A stretch of DNA of 64,000 nucleotides from Chiloscyllium plagiosum (Eukaryota), in the NCBI RefSeq assembly GCF_004010195.1, contig NC_057760.1:2694647-2758646 (forward strand), written 5' to 3'. This document shows, piece after piece, positions 26,762-40,098 of this stretch. The notes beneath the pieces are model-generated. The model was not told the DNA's origin. It saw only the letters and a program-made list of their open reading frames with translations, and ran no database searches. Both the position numbers and the translations under genes were made by a program. Within the stretch, counting starts at the first letter, position 1, and every line of letters begins with the position of its first letter.

Positions 26762-27371
26762 TATAAAAGGATGAGGTCAAGGGGCTTGAAAAGAAGGGTA
26801 ATAATGTTGAAATTGAAGTTTATTCTAAATGTTAAAGTGGCAGTGGTTGGTGATCTTCAGCTGAACCCCATTTGATTTGTGCAGCTTTTTTTTCCAGCCA
26901 AGAGCTTTCAGTAATCTGCATTCCTATCGTACTCCACTTTGGCCCAGCCTCACTGAGTGGATGTGTTCTGCTCGACTGCCTTCAAAGGGTGGACTGTTCA
27001 ATTTCATGTAAATGTAGCCAGTCACCCCTCTCAGACTCAGTCACAAGAAATTATCAGGGATAACAAACTGCACAGTCATCACATACTGTCTTCCCTCTTC
27101 GTACCAGCCCGGACCCCATCCTCAACCAAACATCACTTCCAACCGTAGCTGCTTTGTGCACATCATTTCTTTTGGATTGTGGAAATATAGTCAAGTAGAA
27201 GTGAATTATATTCACAGACACAAAAGTTTCTGGTGTTTCAATCACCATTAGCAAGGCCTTGACGATTGAAGAATTGATTCAAGTGAGTAGCAGTAATACT
27301 GCAGTGCATACTGCAATTGAGAGCATTGATTCCATAATTCATTAACGTTTATATTGCTGAGAAAACCAGAG

Positions 27372-27622
27372 CAGACCAGTACTGTACCCCGGTATATGTA
27401 GTGGCAGATCTGTCCCAACCAGTACTGTGCCCCAGGGTTATACAGTGACAGACCTGTCCCCAATAATACTGTACCCCAGTGTTATACACTGACTGCCCTG
27501 TACCCACCAATACTGTACCCCAGTGTTATACACTGACCGTCCTGTCCCCACCAGTACTGTACCCCAGTGTTATACAGTGACAGACCTGTCCCCACCAGTA
27601 CTGTACCCCAGTGTTCTACACT
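27372..27622. repeat. 44-bp minisatellite, about 5.5 units
   Basis: Unit accagtactgtaccccagtgttatacagtgacagacctgtcccc. Confidence 0.9.
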
Positions 27623-29074
27623 ATCTGATGCTTTTATACTTGTGTTGGAGGATGACAGACCTAACCCAGTGTTACAAATCTCATTGATTTCTCCAGGCTC
27701 AATCCAAGTTTCAAAGGACAGAATCTGTAATGCTCTGTCAGTTTATTTCTCTTTCAGTTTGTACAGGATAAGAATTTGCCCTACCCAATTATACTTTCTA
27801 AAATTGCAGTTTGATGCTGTCATGGGTGCTGAAGGAACCATACGATACACTGGTTGAGATCAGAATAAAGACTTGGATTTTTTTTTAAATCCTGCAGCTG
27901 CTAAGATATCAATAACCCTTGCATCACATGCTGCTCCATTCACCGAAGGAAAGTAATTTATATCGTGTTTGGCTTTCTGCTATAGCTGATTTTTAAGAGA
28001 GCAACTGGGTCAGTACAAGGTTATTTTTCACTTGAACGGTTCATTCATTTTGAAAGTGGTTTTATTTGCCTGTGACAAATGTTGTTGAACAAAAAATGAA
28101 AAATAATCTGATTGAAGGAACATGGACCAAAATTCCATTTAAAAGCTTTGTCCCGGTAGATTGAAAGTGGAGGAGAGAGGGGTTGTGGCAGGAAGGTAGG
28201 TGTTTATCCTAATCATAGCCCACGAGAAACTTGGCTCCAGCCATTCATGATACAAAGTCCTTAGGAAATAGGCACAGGTTGTTTTGAAGTTTAATTAATT
28301 CACTCCTGACTTAATTAGGTGGTACTTCTAGAAGTCTGACAAGGAATGTGTCCAAAATCACAGATGATTCAACCTTTCAGTAGCAACTGGATAAACATTG
28401 GACTTGGTAAGATCATGAAGAGTAGTTCAGTTCTCTGCTTGGGCATTCCCACTGGGAGCAGGTCCACAAGGTGGCCCACTTCAGTAGCTGAAGTGACTGG
28501 TCTGATGGTCTTGCAATTCTGTTCTTAGTGAAATCGGGATCTGCAATGCCTAGGGTGGAATCTGATGTCCAGGGCACTTCCGGTATAGAAGAGAACAGAG
28601 GGTGGTCACCTATATCAACAGGAACCTATGCGTACCCATCCAGAAAAGATGAGCAAGTTGCTTATATCACATCTAATCAATTTCTGAGGGCACTCAAACC
28701 CTTCAGTTGATTAATTACTAAAATGGCGTCAGTGTTGTTGGGAAGTCAAAAATGGCAAGTACTTGTGCATACTGCACGATACTGTTGGTGGCAACTGACA
28801 AGGATGTTCAGTTGATGTGTTTTGTGACTTGTGTAGTAGGGTGGGGTGCAGGCAGCTGGGATATCACCCTGAGCTGGCAGTGAACAAGTCCATCGTTACC
28901 ACATTGGGGCTGTGAACCAGGATAATGTGTTCAAATCTCTGAAGTCTAGCTTCAAACCCCACCTGAAATGATGAGAAATGTGTGAAGCCAAATGAGCTAA
29001 CTGTGGATAAAGTTACCACACCACCTCTGCTTAATGGTTTTCAAGCAGTAAGGGTGCAAATGTCTGCAACAGTA

Positions 29075-29334
29075 TGGTAAAAACAATGACTGCAGATGCT
29101 GGAAACCAGATTCTGGATTAGTGGTGCTGGAAGAGCACAGCAATTTAGGCAGCATCCGAGGACAGGCAAAATCGACGTTTCGGGCAAAAGCCCTTCATCA
29201 GGAATCAAGGCAGAGAGCCTGAAGCGTGGAGAGATAAGCTAGAGGAGGGTGGGGGTGGGGAGAGAGTAGCATAGAGCACAATAGGTCAGTGGGGAAGGAG
29301 ATGAAGGTGATAGGTCAGGGAGGAGAGGGTTGGA
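29075..29334 (-). mobile_element. Penelope 3' fragment with intact hammerhead-like core
   Basis: TSD gtctgcaacagta / gtctacaacagta (29062-29074, 29335-29347). Minus strand reads CTGATGAaGGGCttttGCCCGAAAcgTC. Confidence 0.8.
29168..29206 (-). ncRNA. Minimal type I hammerhead ribozyme motif
   Basis: CUGAUGA, stem II GGGC-uuuu-GCCC, GAAA, palindromic ACGU stem III, GUC cleavage triplet. Matches the minimal hammerheads described in Penelope-like elements. Activity untested. Confidence 0.6.
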
Positions 29335-30439
29335 GTCTACAACAGTAGTAGACTCGCCAACTTTTAAAGGTATTTAAATGGTCATTGGAGAGGCATATGG
29401 ATGAGGATGGAATAGAGTAGGTTAGATGGGCATTCCACAGGTCGACGCAACATCAAGGGCTGAAGGGCCTGTACTGCGCTGTAATATTGTAAGTTAGTTT
29501 TACCCTCTTGTGTTAGTGTAGTGATAACTGCGCTGAATATCTCGCAAGTGTTGAAACATTTAAACAGTTGTTAGGTACAGACGAAAGCACCGCTAAGAGA
29601 TCTCCATTAAATACTCCTATTGGCAGTTGCAGCTTATTCTACACACGCCCCATCAAACACTCCTAGGACAGAGACAGCACAAGGTTAGATAAAGAGTAAA
29701 GTTTTTGTCTACACTGTCTGCTCCCAGGACATTGAATCACTGATTTTTGAGTGATTCAGTAAGATGTATTTTGTTTTGATACCGGCATCAATATCCCATA
29801 ATCAATCTTGTGCAATAAGAGTTCCACAATTCTATCCCTTTTGCTGTAGATATCAGCTGACCTACACGTAATTTGACACGTCAGTTTTTAAAAAATTATG
29901 CTGGTTTGGTTCCAAATTAACACACAACACAAAACTTTGTTGACTGGCTGAGGGGGAAAAAGCTTTCATCCGACAGGTCTGCACTGCATTCACAGGCAAC
30001 CTTTTTACATTCTGAAGCAGAATAGAACAGTCTGTAACTGGAAGGTCAGTCCCATTTGATGAGTTGCCTGGCAGACTTGGCTCTGAGTAGGTGTTGTTAA
30101 CAACTACACAGAACAGCAACTTGTCTGCTATCCCTGGAGTAACTATCCCAACACTGAAACACTGCCGCCAAGTCCAGTACTGGCTGCAAGTTGAGCCCTC
30201 TGGACCCAAAATGGTTTCTATCCTACCAACAAGTTTACTTTAGGAAGCATTGAAAAATTTAACTACCTCAGTAGGCTGCACAGATAATTTCAGGGGAGCA
30301 TTTATTAAGTAACTTGTGATAATACAGGAGTGTAAGGAGTTGGGTTATGTAGTCTCTGCTGTAACTCCACCCATCATCATTTCTGTTAAATATCTTCAGC
30401 CCCACTGAATGGTTTGCACATCTTTATTAATCAGGTGCA

Positions 30440-30870
30440 GGTGTAGACCATTCAGCTCTTTGAGCTTGTCCTGCAGTGCAGTAAGTTAATGGCTGCTCCG
30501 ATTGTAATGTCAAATCCACATTCCCACCACCTCCTGATCGGATTTCAACCCCTTAACAAGAATCAACCTACCTCTACGTTAAAAATATCCAGGGACTCTA
30601 CTTCCACCACTTTCAGGACAAGAAATCCAAAGATTCACAACCGACAGGAAACATTTTGCCTCTTCTCAGTTATAAGTGGATCACCTCTGATTTTTAAACA
30701 GTGACTCTAGTTCTCTCAATTCCTCCATGAGAGGAAACACCCTCTCCATGTCAGCCCTGTCAAGTCCCCACAGGATTTTGTATATTGCAAGACTGGTCTG
30801 TACAACCTTTCCTCTTAATACAACCTGCCCATTCCAGGTATTTGGCTAGTCTGGTAAATCTTTGAGCTGC
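30440..30870 (-). mobile_element. Degenerate CR1 3' fragment
   Basis: Resembles the CR1 3' ends at 56040-56390 and 61040-61400. Confidence 0.65.
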
Positions 30871-31469
30871 CTTCAACACATTAATGCATTAAAGATTTTT
30901 ATTGCAAACATTAGATATGGCTGAATAAGTTCTACCTGTCGTCTCTTTCAGCCCTAAAACACTGTTCTAATGGTCCGTCTTAGGCTCAGATTTTCATGTC
31001 ACCATTGTACAGCCGCCTCTCGTGCTCTCTCTCATATCCTTTAAAGACATACTGAGAAACCTCAAGATGCTCTTTAACTAAGCTTTTATTCTTGTACTTT
31101 GGTTTGGTGTTATATTTTATCTGGTAATCATTCTTGTGAAGAGTATTAGGATGTCGTATCCAGTTAAATATGTTTAGAAAGGAAGTTGTTGTTGCTGTTG
31201 GGGTCTGAATCTTAGAGAAACCAGGACTGAATCTTGTTGCTGCGAGACAGTCCCTATTGTGCAGTAATATGGCTGCCACATTTAGTCACCGTAGTCCCAT
31301 GCTAGTTACTGCAAATATTAACCACATATGCTGCTAGTTGCTATCCAGTTACCCCAACTGCAGGGGCTATGGAGCTGCTGAGTGACTACACAAATGACTT
31401 GCATCATTTGGGCTGCTGGAACGTAACTGTCCATGTCCTTGAAGACTCCTACACAGCACTGGAGGAATT

Positions 31470-31676
31470 AGTCATAGAGTTGTACAGCATGAAAGCAGAT
31501 CCTTCAGTCCAACTTGTCCATGCCAGCCAGATATTCGAAGTAAATCTAGTCCCATTTGTCAGCATTTGGTCCGTATCCCTTCAAACTCTTCCTATTCATT
31601 TACCCATCCAGGTGCCTATCAAATGTTGTAACTGTGCCAACCATCTCCTCCACCTCTGGTAGCTCATTCCATACAA
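31470..31676 (-). mobile_element. CR1 3' end fragment
   Basis: Matches the 3' end at 40700-40895. Confidence 0.75.
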
Positions 31677-34600
31677 TTCTTGTCCCAAATGAGCTAGAAG
31701 TCCAGAAAGTGTTGCTGCCTTCAAGAAGGAAGACGTTGTAATATTCAAAGGAACCTTACTATACTTCAGTAGACCTAACGTGCATTGTTATAAAAAGAAA
31801 TTGGAAGTTTATTTCACAGCGCGGCGTTTATTTTCACGCTTGCTGTATTGTCTGCTGTTTGAAAAGGAATGGAGTAAAGTTTACCAAACCGTAGTGAGAT
31901 AATAACTGGGGATATGAAAGACATTATTTTCCAGCATGGGCAGTCCCCACCAGCAAAAGCATATAAACAAACACTGGGTGCACCATTCATTTCTTTTTGG
32001 CACAATGTTCTTTCCTCTGCTTTGAATTGCTGAAAGTTGTCATTGACTGAATGGGAAAGTATAGACTCTGAAGTTTATAACTGTTGCCCTCATCTCTCCA
32101 TCTAACCTCCAATGTAAAGCGCCCACACACTAGCTGAAATCTGAGATGTTTACAGCAGCTGTGCACTTTTAAGGCAGCTGCATGTGTAGAGTTTCAGTTT
32201 TGGTGAAAAAAAATTTGATATGTTCCTCAAAGAGTTAACCGGGGCTTTGTCTTTGTGCAGAAATGGGACCTCTGTGCAATTGAAATGAATAATAAACACA
32301 CAGGGGGACAGGAAGGTCAAAGCTTCATTTCAGTTGACAGGTTTCTCGGTTGTAAATGGTTTTAACTCCATTCTATGCTGCACAGCTGCCAGTTGAGCAT
32401 TTTTCTTTTCCTCTTACACTACCACTGTCCCACGTGTTATGTGGAAGATGAAAAACTTATATGGCACGAATTGCGCTCTCCCTTTTCCTTTCTCTCCTTT
32501 TCACATGCATGTACCCACACTTAGTTTTGCACTTGAGAATCATAGGAGTCAAAAGGCTGGAGTGGAACCCACAACCTCATCCATGTCACCCTTGGAGATT
32601 GTTTCACTTCATACTATTAAATGGGGGCGAGGAGGAGGGGAAATAACCTTTTCAAGTGCAGCTACCCCTCGATGTTCTTTTAGGATAATCAAACAAAAAC
32701 TGAAGTTCTTTTGGTGCTCAGGTAATTGTGCCAATAGAGGGGTTAACAGCCTAATTATGGTTCTGACATATTCTCCTGAAGATACACTACAAATGCCCGT
32801 GTAAGGACAGTAGTACTGTGAAAGCTGCTTATTACGTTTTTGGTTTGGTGCTGTGCCCAGTATTTTGCAGCAATCCCACTTTCTTTGGGCTATCCCTTTG
32901 AGATTCAAAATGTGCAACCAATCCAACTGAATTTTTTTTTTTCCCCCTGTTGTGTTTTTCTTGGCACGGTCTGTAGAGTGGAATGTATTTTTCACTTACT
33001 AAAAAAAAAAGTAACTGTTTCTCCAAAGTTTGAACAAAGAAAATCTTGTTCCTCTGTCTGGGAGGAGAGGAACTATTAGGGCAATGGGTGTTGTAGTTAG
33101 ATCTGCACTGTTGGTCATCTCTGCACTGCTGTTGAGAGGATAGTGACTCTTGTCTGATTCCTCCTCAGATTGAGCTCTTATTTTGTCCAGACAGTGTAGT
33201 ATGGGGTGGGAGGGTGATGCATGCTCAGAAGCAGCCAAAACCAGAAAAAGGGAACCATTCCTCTCTGCTGACAGCCTGGCCTAGTTGAATCAAGTCATTG
33301 TTAGAGTATGCAGTGTGAACTGAGAGGGAACTGGTCTCTATTTGACCACAGCACTCCCAGCATCACCAAGGATATGGCAAATAAACTTCTAGCTGCGACT
33401 TGGAAAGAGAACAGTACACACTGCCGTGGTATTAATTCTGGACTGACAAAGGAAGGAGCATTGCTGGTCCGTGCACTGCTTGCTGCTCACTCACTTTCAG
33501 AATTATTTGTTTCAGCTGTTGTCATGCCTAGCTGGGTGAACTTGCCCCGTGCTCTGTAACTGAGCCAGATTCCATTCCCCAGCCTTTGCTGGATGACCAA
33601 ATCTCAGTTGGTACAAATTGATCATGGTTCCCAAGCCCACAGTCCAGCCCACTGGATATCTTAATAAAGAAAACTAAAGTAATTGTGGAAGCTGTAAATC
33701 AGATACAAAAGTGGAAGTTGCTAGAAAAGTTCAGCGGGTCTCTTAGAATCTGTGAAGAGAAATTGGAGTTAATGTTTTGGCTTGACTCAGCCTTCCTCCG
33801 TACTGATGGTAGTTCGGAAAATGTTGGTTTATATGCATTCAGAGGGAGGGGGAGCCCATGGCTACTCCTTGACTAATTCACAGTTTGGGGGCACTTGTGT
33901 GTACAAAATTAGCTATTTACTTCTAAAAGCAGTATATGTCCTGCTCTAATGGTCACACTGGAGCTTGTTTTGTTACAATTTTCAGGTCCCCTGCTCCTTC
34001 AGCCTGCAAACCATAACTGCCTGCAACTGTTTTCTTGCTGTTCAAACAGACCCTGACCCTACACACCTGGACTGGTTGACATTTTGATCCTTTGTTTGCT
34101 AACTGAGGGTTACTTTGGGCATGCAAATTTACTCCAGTAGCACAGTACACTTTTCATTGTGACGATCTTGATTGTTTCAAACTGCCATCCACAGCACAGC
34201 GAAGCAATATCGCTATATCTAATTATGTTAAACTATTGAGAGTCAGAATGGTCTTGCAGTAATCCTTGCAGCAGCTTAGCTGATCTTCAGTTTGGGGCAG
34301 CCATTGGTGATGAAGTTGGTGGAGGTCTTGTGGTGAAACATTGAGGTGACCTTTGCACCGTGGACAATGGACTGATACTGCAACCTCCAGCTCCATTAAT
34401 TTACAGCTCTGGTCCGTGTCTCGGTTCTCTGTCGTTAATAAGAGTTGGGGCACACTTGCACCAGACGGGTTTACAGCACAATCAGGAACCAACAATTCAC
34501 GATTGAAACTCTGTTTGACACACCACTCAATCAGCAGAAACAGCAGTTGGAATTCTGCGCTACCATCCTACTGCACTCTGAAGGTAGTGTCTAAGTCCAC

Positions 34601-34766
34601 ACCCCAACAGCATATTGCATCGCAATGCAACAAAGACCAATGGAATAGTTCCTGCTCACCCCCAGTATAAAGATATGCAGAATTTCTGTTTTCCAAGTAT
34701 ATGTACATGACAGTATGTTTGATTATAACTGTTGTTAATTTGTATTTTCTCTTCTCTGATTTTAAG

Positions 34767-34812
34767 CTGTACAAAAAGCCTGATGTTCCACTCTATAAAA
34801 AGATTCGATCAA
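34767..34812 (+). CDS. ASH1L: ASH1L 46-nt coding exon
   Basis: Acceptor ttttaag|CTG, donor A|gtaagg. Encodes LYKKPDVPLYKKIRS. Not in the ORF track. Confidence 0.93.
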
Positions 34813-35385
34813 GTAAGGCACTTTCCATTTCCCTCCTTAGAATTTTTTTTTAAATGACTGTATTACTCTTTCCTTCAGCTTTGGAACTGAATCTGTTTTA
34901 AATTAATGTTATTTAGATTTTTGTATTTGCATTTTGGTACAGGTATTACAGAGTGCATCATGTGGAGTGAATGAGTTTTATTGAGTGTCCAAGCCCTCAA
35001 GCTCAGTCCGTAGAGGGGCAGGAATTCCACAATGCTCACCTGCTCTTTAACTGTTTGCTGGGCCTTAGCCGTGATAGCACAGTCATCTCACTCCAGGCAC
35101 TGGAGTATTCTGCACACATTCTTATATTTTGAAATTGTTTCGGTCCACTCTTGGGTCATTCCCACCTGTTGTCTGCCATGGTTTAGTTGGTAGAACAAGA
35201 CATGGGAATGGTCCCTACTAAGTAGAACTTTCTTTCCTGTGCATTTGGTTGGTGCTGCACTGGGGATCCCAGTCACCTCCAGGATGCGGAAGTGGATAGG
35301 TTATTCAATGATCCTGTCGTTGTTCGTTGCAGGTGCCTTCTGCTGTAGCATTTTGGCGGGTGTTGGGGATGATGTACAGAGTAAA

Positions 35386-35693
35386 GATTAGATTAGATTA
35401 GATTCCCCACAGTGTGGAAACAAGCCCATCGGCCCAACAAGTCCACACTGACCCTCCGAAGAGTAACCCACCCAGACCCATTTCCCTCTGACTAATGCAC
35501 CTAATACTATGGGCAATTTAGCATGGCCAATTCACCTAACCTGCACATCTTTGGACTGTGGGAGGAAACTGGAGCACCCGGAGGAAACCCACGCAGACAC
35601 TGGGAGAATGTGCAAACTCCACACAGTCACCCAAGGCTGGAATTGAACCTGGGACCCTGCTGCTGTAAGGCAGCAGTGCTAACCACTGAGCTG
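35386..35693 (-). mobile_element. HE1-like V-SINE
   Basis: (gatta)n tail, conserved central domain and tRNA-like head on the minus strand. Confidence 0.85.
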
Positions 35694-36171
35694 GCCAAGA
35701 CTGGCATGGAGTTAAAATGCTCAAACAAGCAATGCAGACACAATGGGCTGAATGGCTGCCTCCTGCTCAGCAGCATTTCTGTGATGCAAGTTCCACACAG
35801 TGAGTATGCGAATAGGATGAAGCGAGGAGGCACTGTTTCTTCTCCTCTTCCAATCCACTCCACCACTATATGGACACAGTATGCTCCCACATTGCAGCTC
35901 ACCACCCAGGCAAGGCAGCTGGCAGCAGGAGTTAGCCCTTCAGCATGTGGTAAAAAGGAGATTAAAGATTGGCATCAGCCCACTGCTGGATTCTGCAGCA
36001 AGGAGGCCGCACCTGTTAGCGTGGGCAGCTCTCAGGCTATTGGAATCTCAGCTGTCGGCTTTCTGTCAGCACGGTTTATTGTTTGCCTGTTGACAGCAAG
36101 CTGGTGGCTGGGGGGGTCTCTGAACAAACCGCAGTTTGTGCGAGCTCAAACTACAGTTGCACGACACAACT

Positions 36172-36500
36172 GAATCACAAAATGGAATCCCCACCATTTG
36201 GCCCAACGAGTCCACACCAACCCTCTGAAGGGTATCGCACTCCCTACCCCACCTCTGTTATCCTGCATTTTCCATGACTAATCCACCCAGCCTGCACATC
36301 TCTGGACACTATGGACAGTTTAGCATGGCCAATCCACCCTAACCTGCACAGTTTTGGACTTTGGGAGGAAACTAGAGCACCCAGAGGAAACCCACACAGA
36401 CACTGGGAGAACGTGCCAACTCCACACAGACAGTTACCCGAGGGTGGAATCAAATCTGGTTCCCTGGTGTTGTGAGGCAGCAGGGCTAACAACTGCCACC
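36172..36500 (-). mobile_element. HE1-like V-SINE
   Basis: Same central domain and tRNA-like head as the other copies. Confidence 0.8.
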
Positions 36501-36934
36501 CCTAATGAAGGAAAGTTATGAAGGTTGTAATAAATGCGCATCCTGATGAAGGATAAGCTTTGTGAGAGTTGGTCACCTGCAACTAGGTACCACACCAAGT
36601 GTTGATGAAGCTTTGCAGCAATGGCTGTTCTGGTTGATATGTCAGCTAGCTGCTTCACAGAGATGTCAGGATTGCCAATTGCCTGGATGCAGGATGGCAT
36701 TTGCATTGAATCACTGGGACCAGCTGGCAGCTGTTTCCTTGGACTGTCCAGCTTGAAAGCCCTCAAGCTAGCCAAAGAGCTTTCAGAAGCCCCCAGTCGC
36801 CCAATCCTGAGAAACTCTGCAGCAGGGAAAGGGATCAGCGTGGTCTAAGACCAGACTAGGATCCTCCTTCATGTGGGGGACTATACTGTACAGAACATAA
36901 TGGAAAGCTACTCGAGGGATTAAGGTTGATTATA

Positions 36935-37094
36935 TGGATGGGGACATTTAAGCGACTGCTGGATATGCACATGGATAGCAGTGAGTTGAGGGGTTTGTAG
37001 GTTAAGTTACTATATTTTACATTAGGATTAAATCTCGGCACAACATCGTGGGCCAAAGGCCCTGTTCTGTACTGTACTTTTCTGTGTTCTATGA
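36935..37094 (+). mobile_element. CR1 3' end fragment
   Basis: CR1-type terminus ...ggcacaacatcgtgggccaaaggccctgttctgtactg. Confidence 0.65.
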
Positions 37095-37199
37095 TGGGTT
37101 GTTTCTATCTGGATGGCGTAGTTGACTATATTTAGGAATATCTTCTCCATGTTCGACATAGATTATGTATAACCACAAGTCATATTGTCCTTTTTATAG

Positions 37200-37308
37200 A
37201 TGTGTTTGTTGATGTTAAACCTCTCTCTGGGTGTGAGCCCACAACTTGCAACTGTAAGAGGCCAGTAGACCCTGCGGAGAAGAGCTGCATGGAGGACTGC
37301 CTGAACAG
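37200..37308 (+). CDS. ASH1L: ASH1L coding exon (AWS domain, N-terminal part)
   Basis: Acceptor ttttatag|AT, donor AG|gtatgc. Encodes [37 protein letters not shown]. Confidence 0.95.
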
Positions 37309-38605
37309 GTATGCCAATATGTGTAAAACCCTCCAAGTAAGCACCCTGCCTTGCTGCTAACCTGGAGACCTATTGAGAATACTGTGGTTTCATCCCTGTT
37401 AAATGGCATAGCCCAGATAGACTGGTTGAAGATGCTGCCAAACAGGGGCAGCTGTTGACTGTTCTGCAATAATCCGATCTTGGTGAAGGGAGGCTGAAAG
37501 TCAGGGAGGTTTGATTGCATTAACTGGATTTATTAAGGCGCAAAGCACTGAGCCCAAAGCAGCAGAAACACCCAGGGATCATCTCCCTGATCTCTGGTAG
37601 CTTTGGCAGGGCCCAGCCACTGGACATGGGAAGGAAGTGAGAGTAATCTGGCCGCGTTTATTCTCCTGATGGGTGCTATTTCAGAGGAATGCACAGCTTG
37701 CCATCAACTGCCATAGCTCCATATTGGCCAGGAGTGACTCAGCTCCGATCACTGATCCGCTGCTGAGTCAGCTTCTGTTAACCAGAATGAAAAAGGAACC
37801 TTGGATAACCTTGTTGCTGCTACACTATGGAGGACATTGACCAGGATTTCTGTTCCTTGTACCCGCATCAGGTGCAAGCAGAGTCGACGCTGCTGTCAAG
37901 CCATCCCAGGCAAATGATGCGCACTGTCCTGTGAAGGATTTGGGCAACACAGTGGATCTCCCTAAAGTATTGTCTTGTGCTTTGACCAGCTGGACACGAG
38001 GTGCAGCATTCCTTATGTGAGGGGAGAGGAGCCATGCCCTGGTAACTGGGATGGTGGCAGCTGCCCAAGCTCATTTTACCACTTGGCTCCTTGCTGTGCT
38101 GTGTTGATGCACATTTGAAGCTATTTGATGCAAGCTCATTAGCAGCTCTTGGCAGTTTGCCTAAAAGCTGTGCACTGATGTTTTTCCTCATATTATTAAT
38201 TATAATCTGAAGATTTGAGCTGTAATAAAACAGGAAGCCCAGTGTGCCGCATGTTCTGGGAAACAGATGCACAGCCAGCCCTCCAATCTCGATTCATCAG
38301 TACTGACAATAGGGTTTGTGCCTCCCCATCAATTTCAGCCTGTTGAACTGCTAAGCAGTTGCCATAGGTTATCTATATTCATCAAGGTCAGGGATGTCAT
38401 TGTCACTAACCAGAATGCTCTTCAATTTAAGTACCCATTGTTAGCATCAAAAGCCCCCAGGACAGGGACCATGCAGGGTAAGAGTCAGGGTAGAGCTTCC
38501 TCTACAGTGTTCCCCATCAAACAGTCCCAGGGTGGGGACAGCGCACGGTTAGATAGACCAAAGATACCTCTACCCTCTAAGTGGGAATGGCAGTCAGTTT
38601 ATTTT

Positions 38606-38697
38606 CCTGATGAAGGGCTTTTACCCAAAACATCGATTTTCCTGCTCCTCTGATGCTGCCTGACCTGCTGTCCTTTTCCAGCACCACTCTAATCTAG
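38606..38697 (+). mobile_element. Short Penelope pLTR insertion
   Basis: 14-bp TSD agtcagtttatttt at 38592-38605 and 38698-38711. Insert begins cCTGATGAAGGGC. Confidence 0.8.
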
Positions 38698-38781
38698 AGT
38701 CAGTTTATTTTAAGTGCTAAAACACTGATAGATGTCTGAACACTGCATTAGCTTCAGTATTGCTTGCTATAGTTTTATGTG

Positions 38782-40098
38782 ATAGAGGTGTGCAGCACCT
38801 TCAGAAACAGACCCTTCGGTCCAACTCGTCCATGCCGACCAGATATCCCAACCCGTATTCCTCCAAACCCTTGCGATTCAGATACCCATCCAGATGCCTT
38901 TTAAATGTTGCAATTGTACTAGCCTCTTCAGGCAGCTCATTCCATACATGTACCACCCTCTGCCTGAAAAGGTTGCCCTTAGGACTCTTTTGTATCTCTT
39001 CTCCTCTCACCCTGAACCTATGCTGTCTAGTTCTGGACTCCCCCACCCCAGGGAAAAGACTTTGTCTGTTTATGTTATCCAAGGAGCCAAGTGGTAAAAT
39101 GAGCTTGGGCAGCTGCCACCATCCCAGTTACCAGGGCATGGCTTCTCTCCCCTCACATAAGGAATGCTGCACCTTATGTCCCGCTGGTCAAAGCACAAGA
39201 CAATACTTTGGGGAGATTCACTGTGTTGCCCAAATCCTTCGTGATTTTGTAAACCTCTATAAGGTCACCCCTCAGCCTCAGACGCTCCAGGGAAAACAGC
39301 CCCAGTCTATTCAACCTCTCTCCATAGCTCAAATCCTCCAATCCTGGCAACGTCCTTGTAAATCTTTTCTGAACCCTTTCAACTTTCACAACATCTTTCC
39401 GATATGAAGGAGACCAGATTTGCACGCAATGTTTCAAAAGTGGCCTAACCAATGTCCTGTACAGCCAGAATGTGACCCCCCCGACTCCTGTACTCCATGC
39501 TCTGACCAATAAAAGAAAGCATACCAAACACCACCTTCACTATCCTATCTACCTGCGACTCCACTTTCAAGGAGCTATGAACCTGCACTCCAAGGTCTCT
39601 TTGTTCAGCAACACTCCCTAGGACCTTACCATTAAGTGTATAAGTACTGCTAAGATTTGCTTTCCCAAAATGCAGCATCTCGTATTTATCTGAATTAAAC
39701 TCCATCTGCCATTTCTCAGCCCATTGGCCCATCTGGTCCAGATCCTGTTGTAATCTGAGGTAACCTTCTTCGCTGTCCACTACACCTCCAATTTTGGTGT
39801 CATCTGAAAACTTACTAACTGTAGCTCTTATGCTCGCATCCAAATCATTTATGTAAATGACAAAAAGTCGAGGACCCAGCACCGATCCTTGTGGCGCTCC
39901 ACTGGTCACAGGCCTCCAGTCTGAAAAACAACCCTCCACCACCACCCTCTGTCTTCTTCCTTTGAGCCAGTTCTGTATCCAAATGGCTAGTTCTCCCTGT
40001 ATTCCATGAGATCTAACCTTGCTAATCAGTCTCCCATGGGGAACCTTGTCGAACGCCTTACTGAAGTCCATATAGATCACATCTACTGCTCTGCCATC
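38782..40098 (-). mobile_element. 5'-truncated CR1 LINE (RT domain to 3' end) with internal foreign insert
   Basis: Encodes VDVIYMDFSKAFDKVPH, GAPQGSVLGP, YINDL, SKFSDDTK and LYRTLVRPLL. Confidence 0.93.

Noticed and set aside
35523..36173. 216-aa ORF
   Set aside because: It starts in an antisense SINE and has no recognisable domain or splice support.
38760..39407. 215-aa ORF sharing a peptide with ORF 37868-38272
   Set aside because: Antisense CR1 sequence plus the inverted duplication; not a gene.
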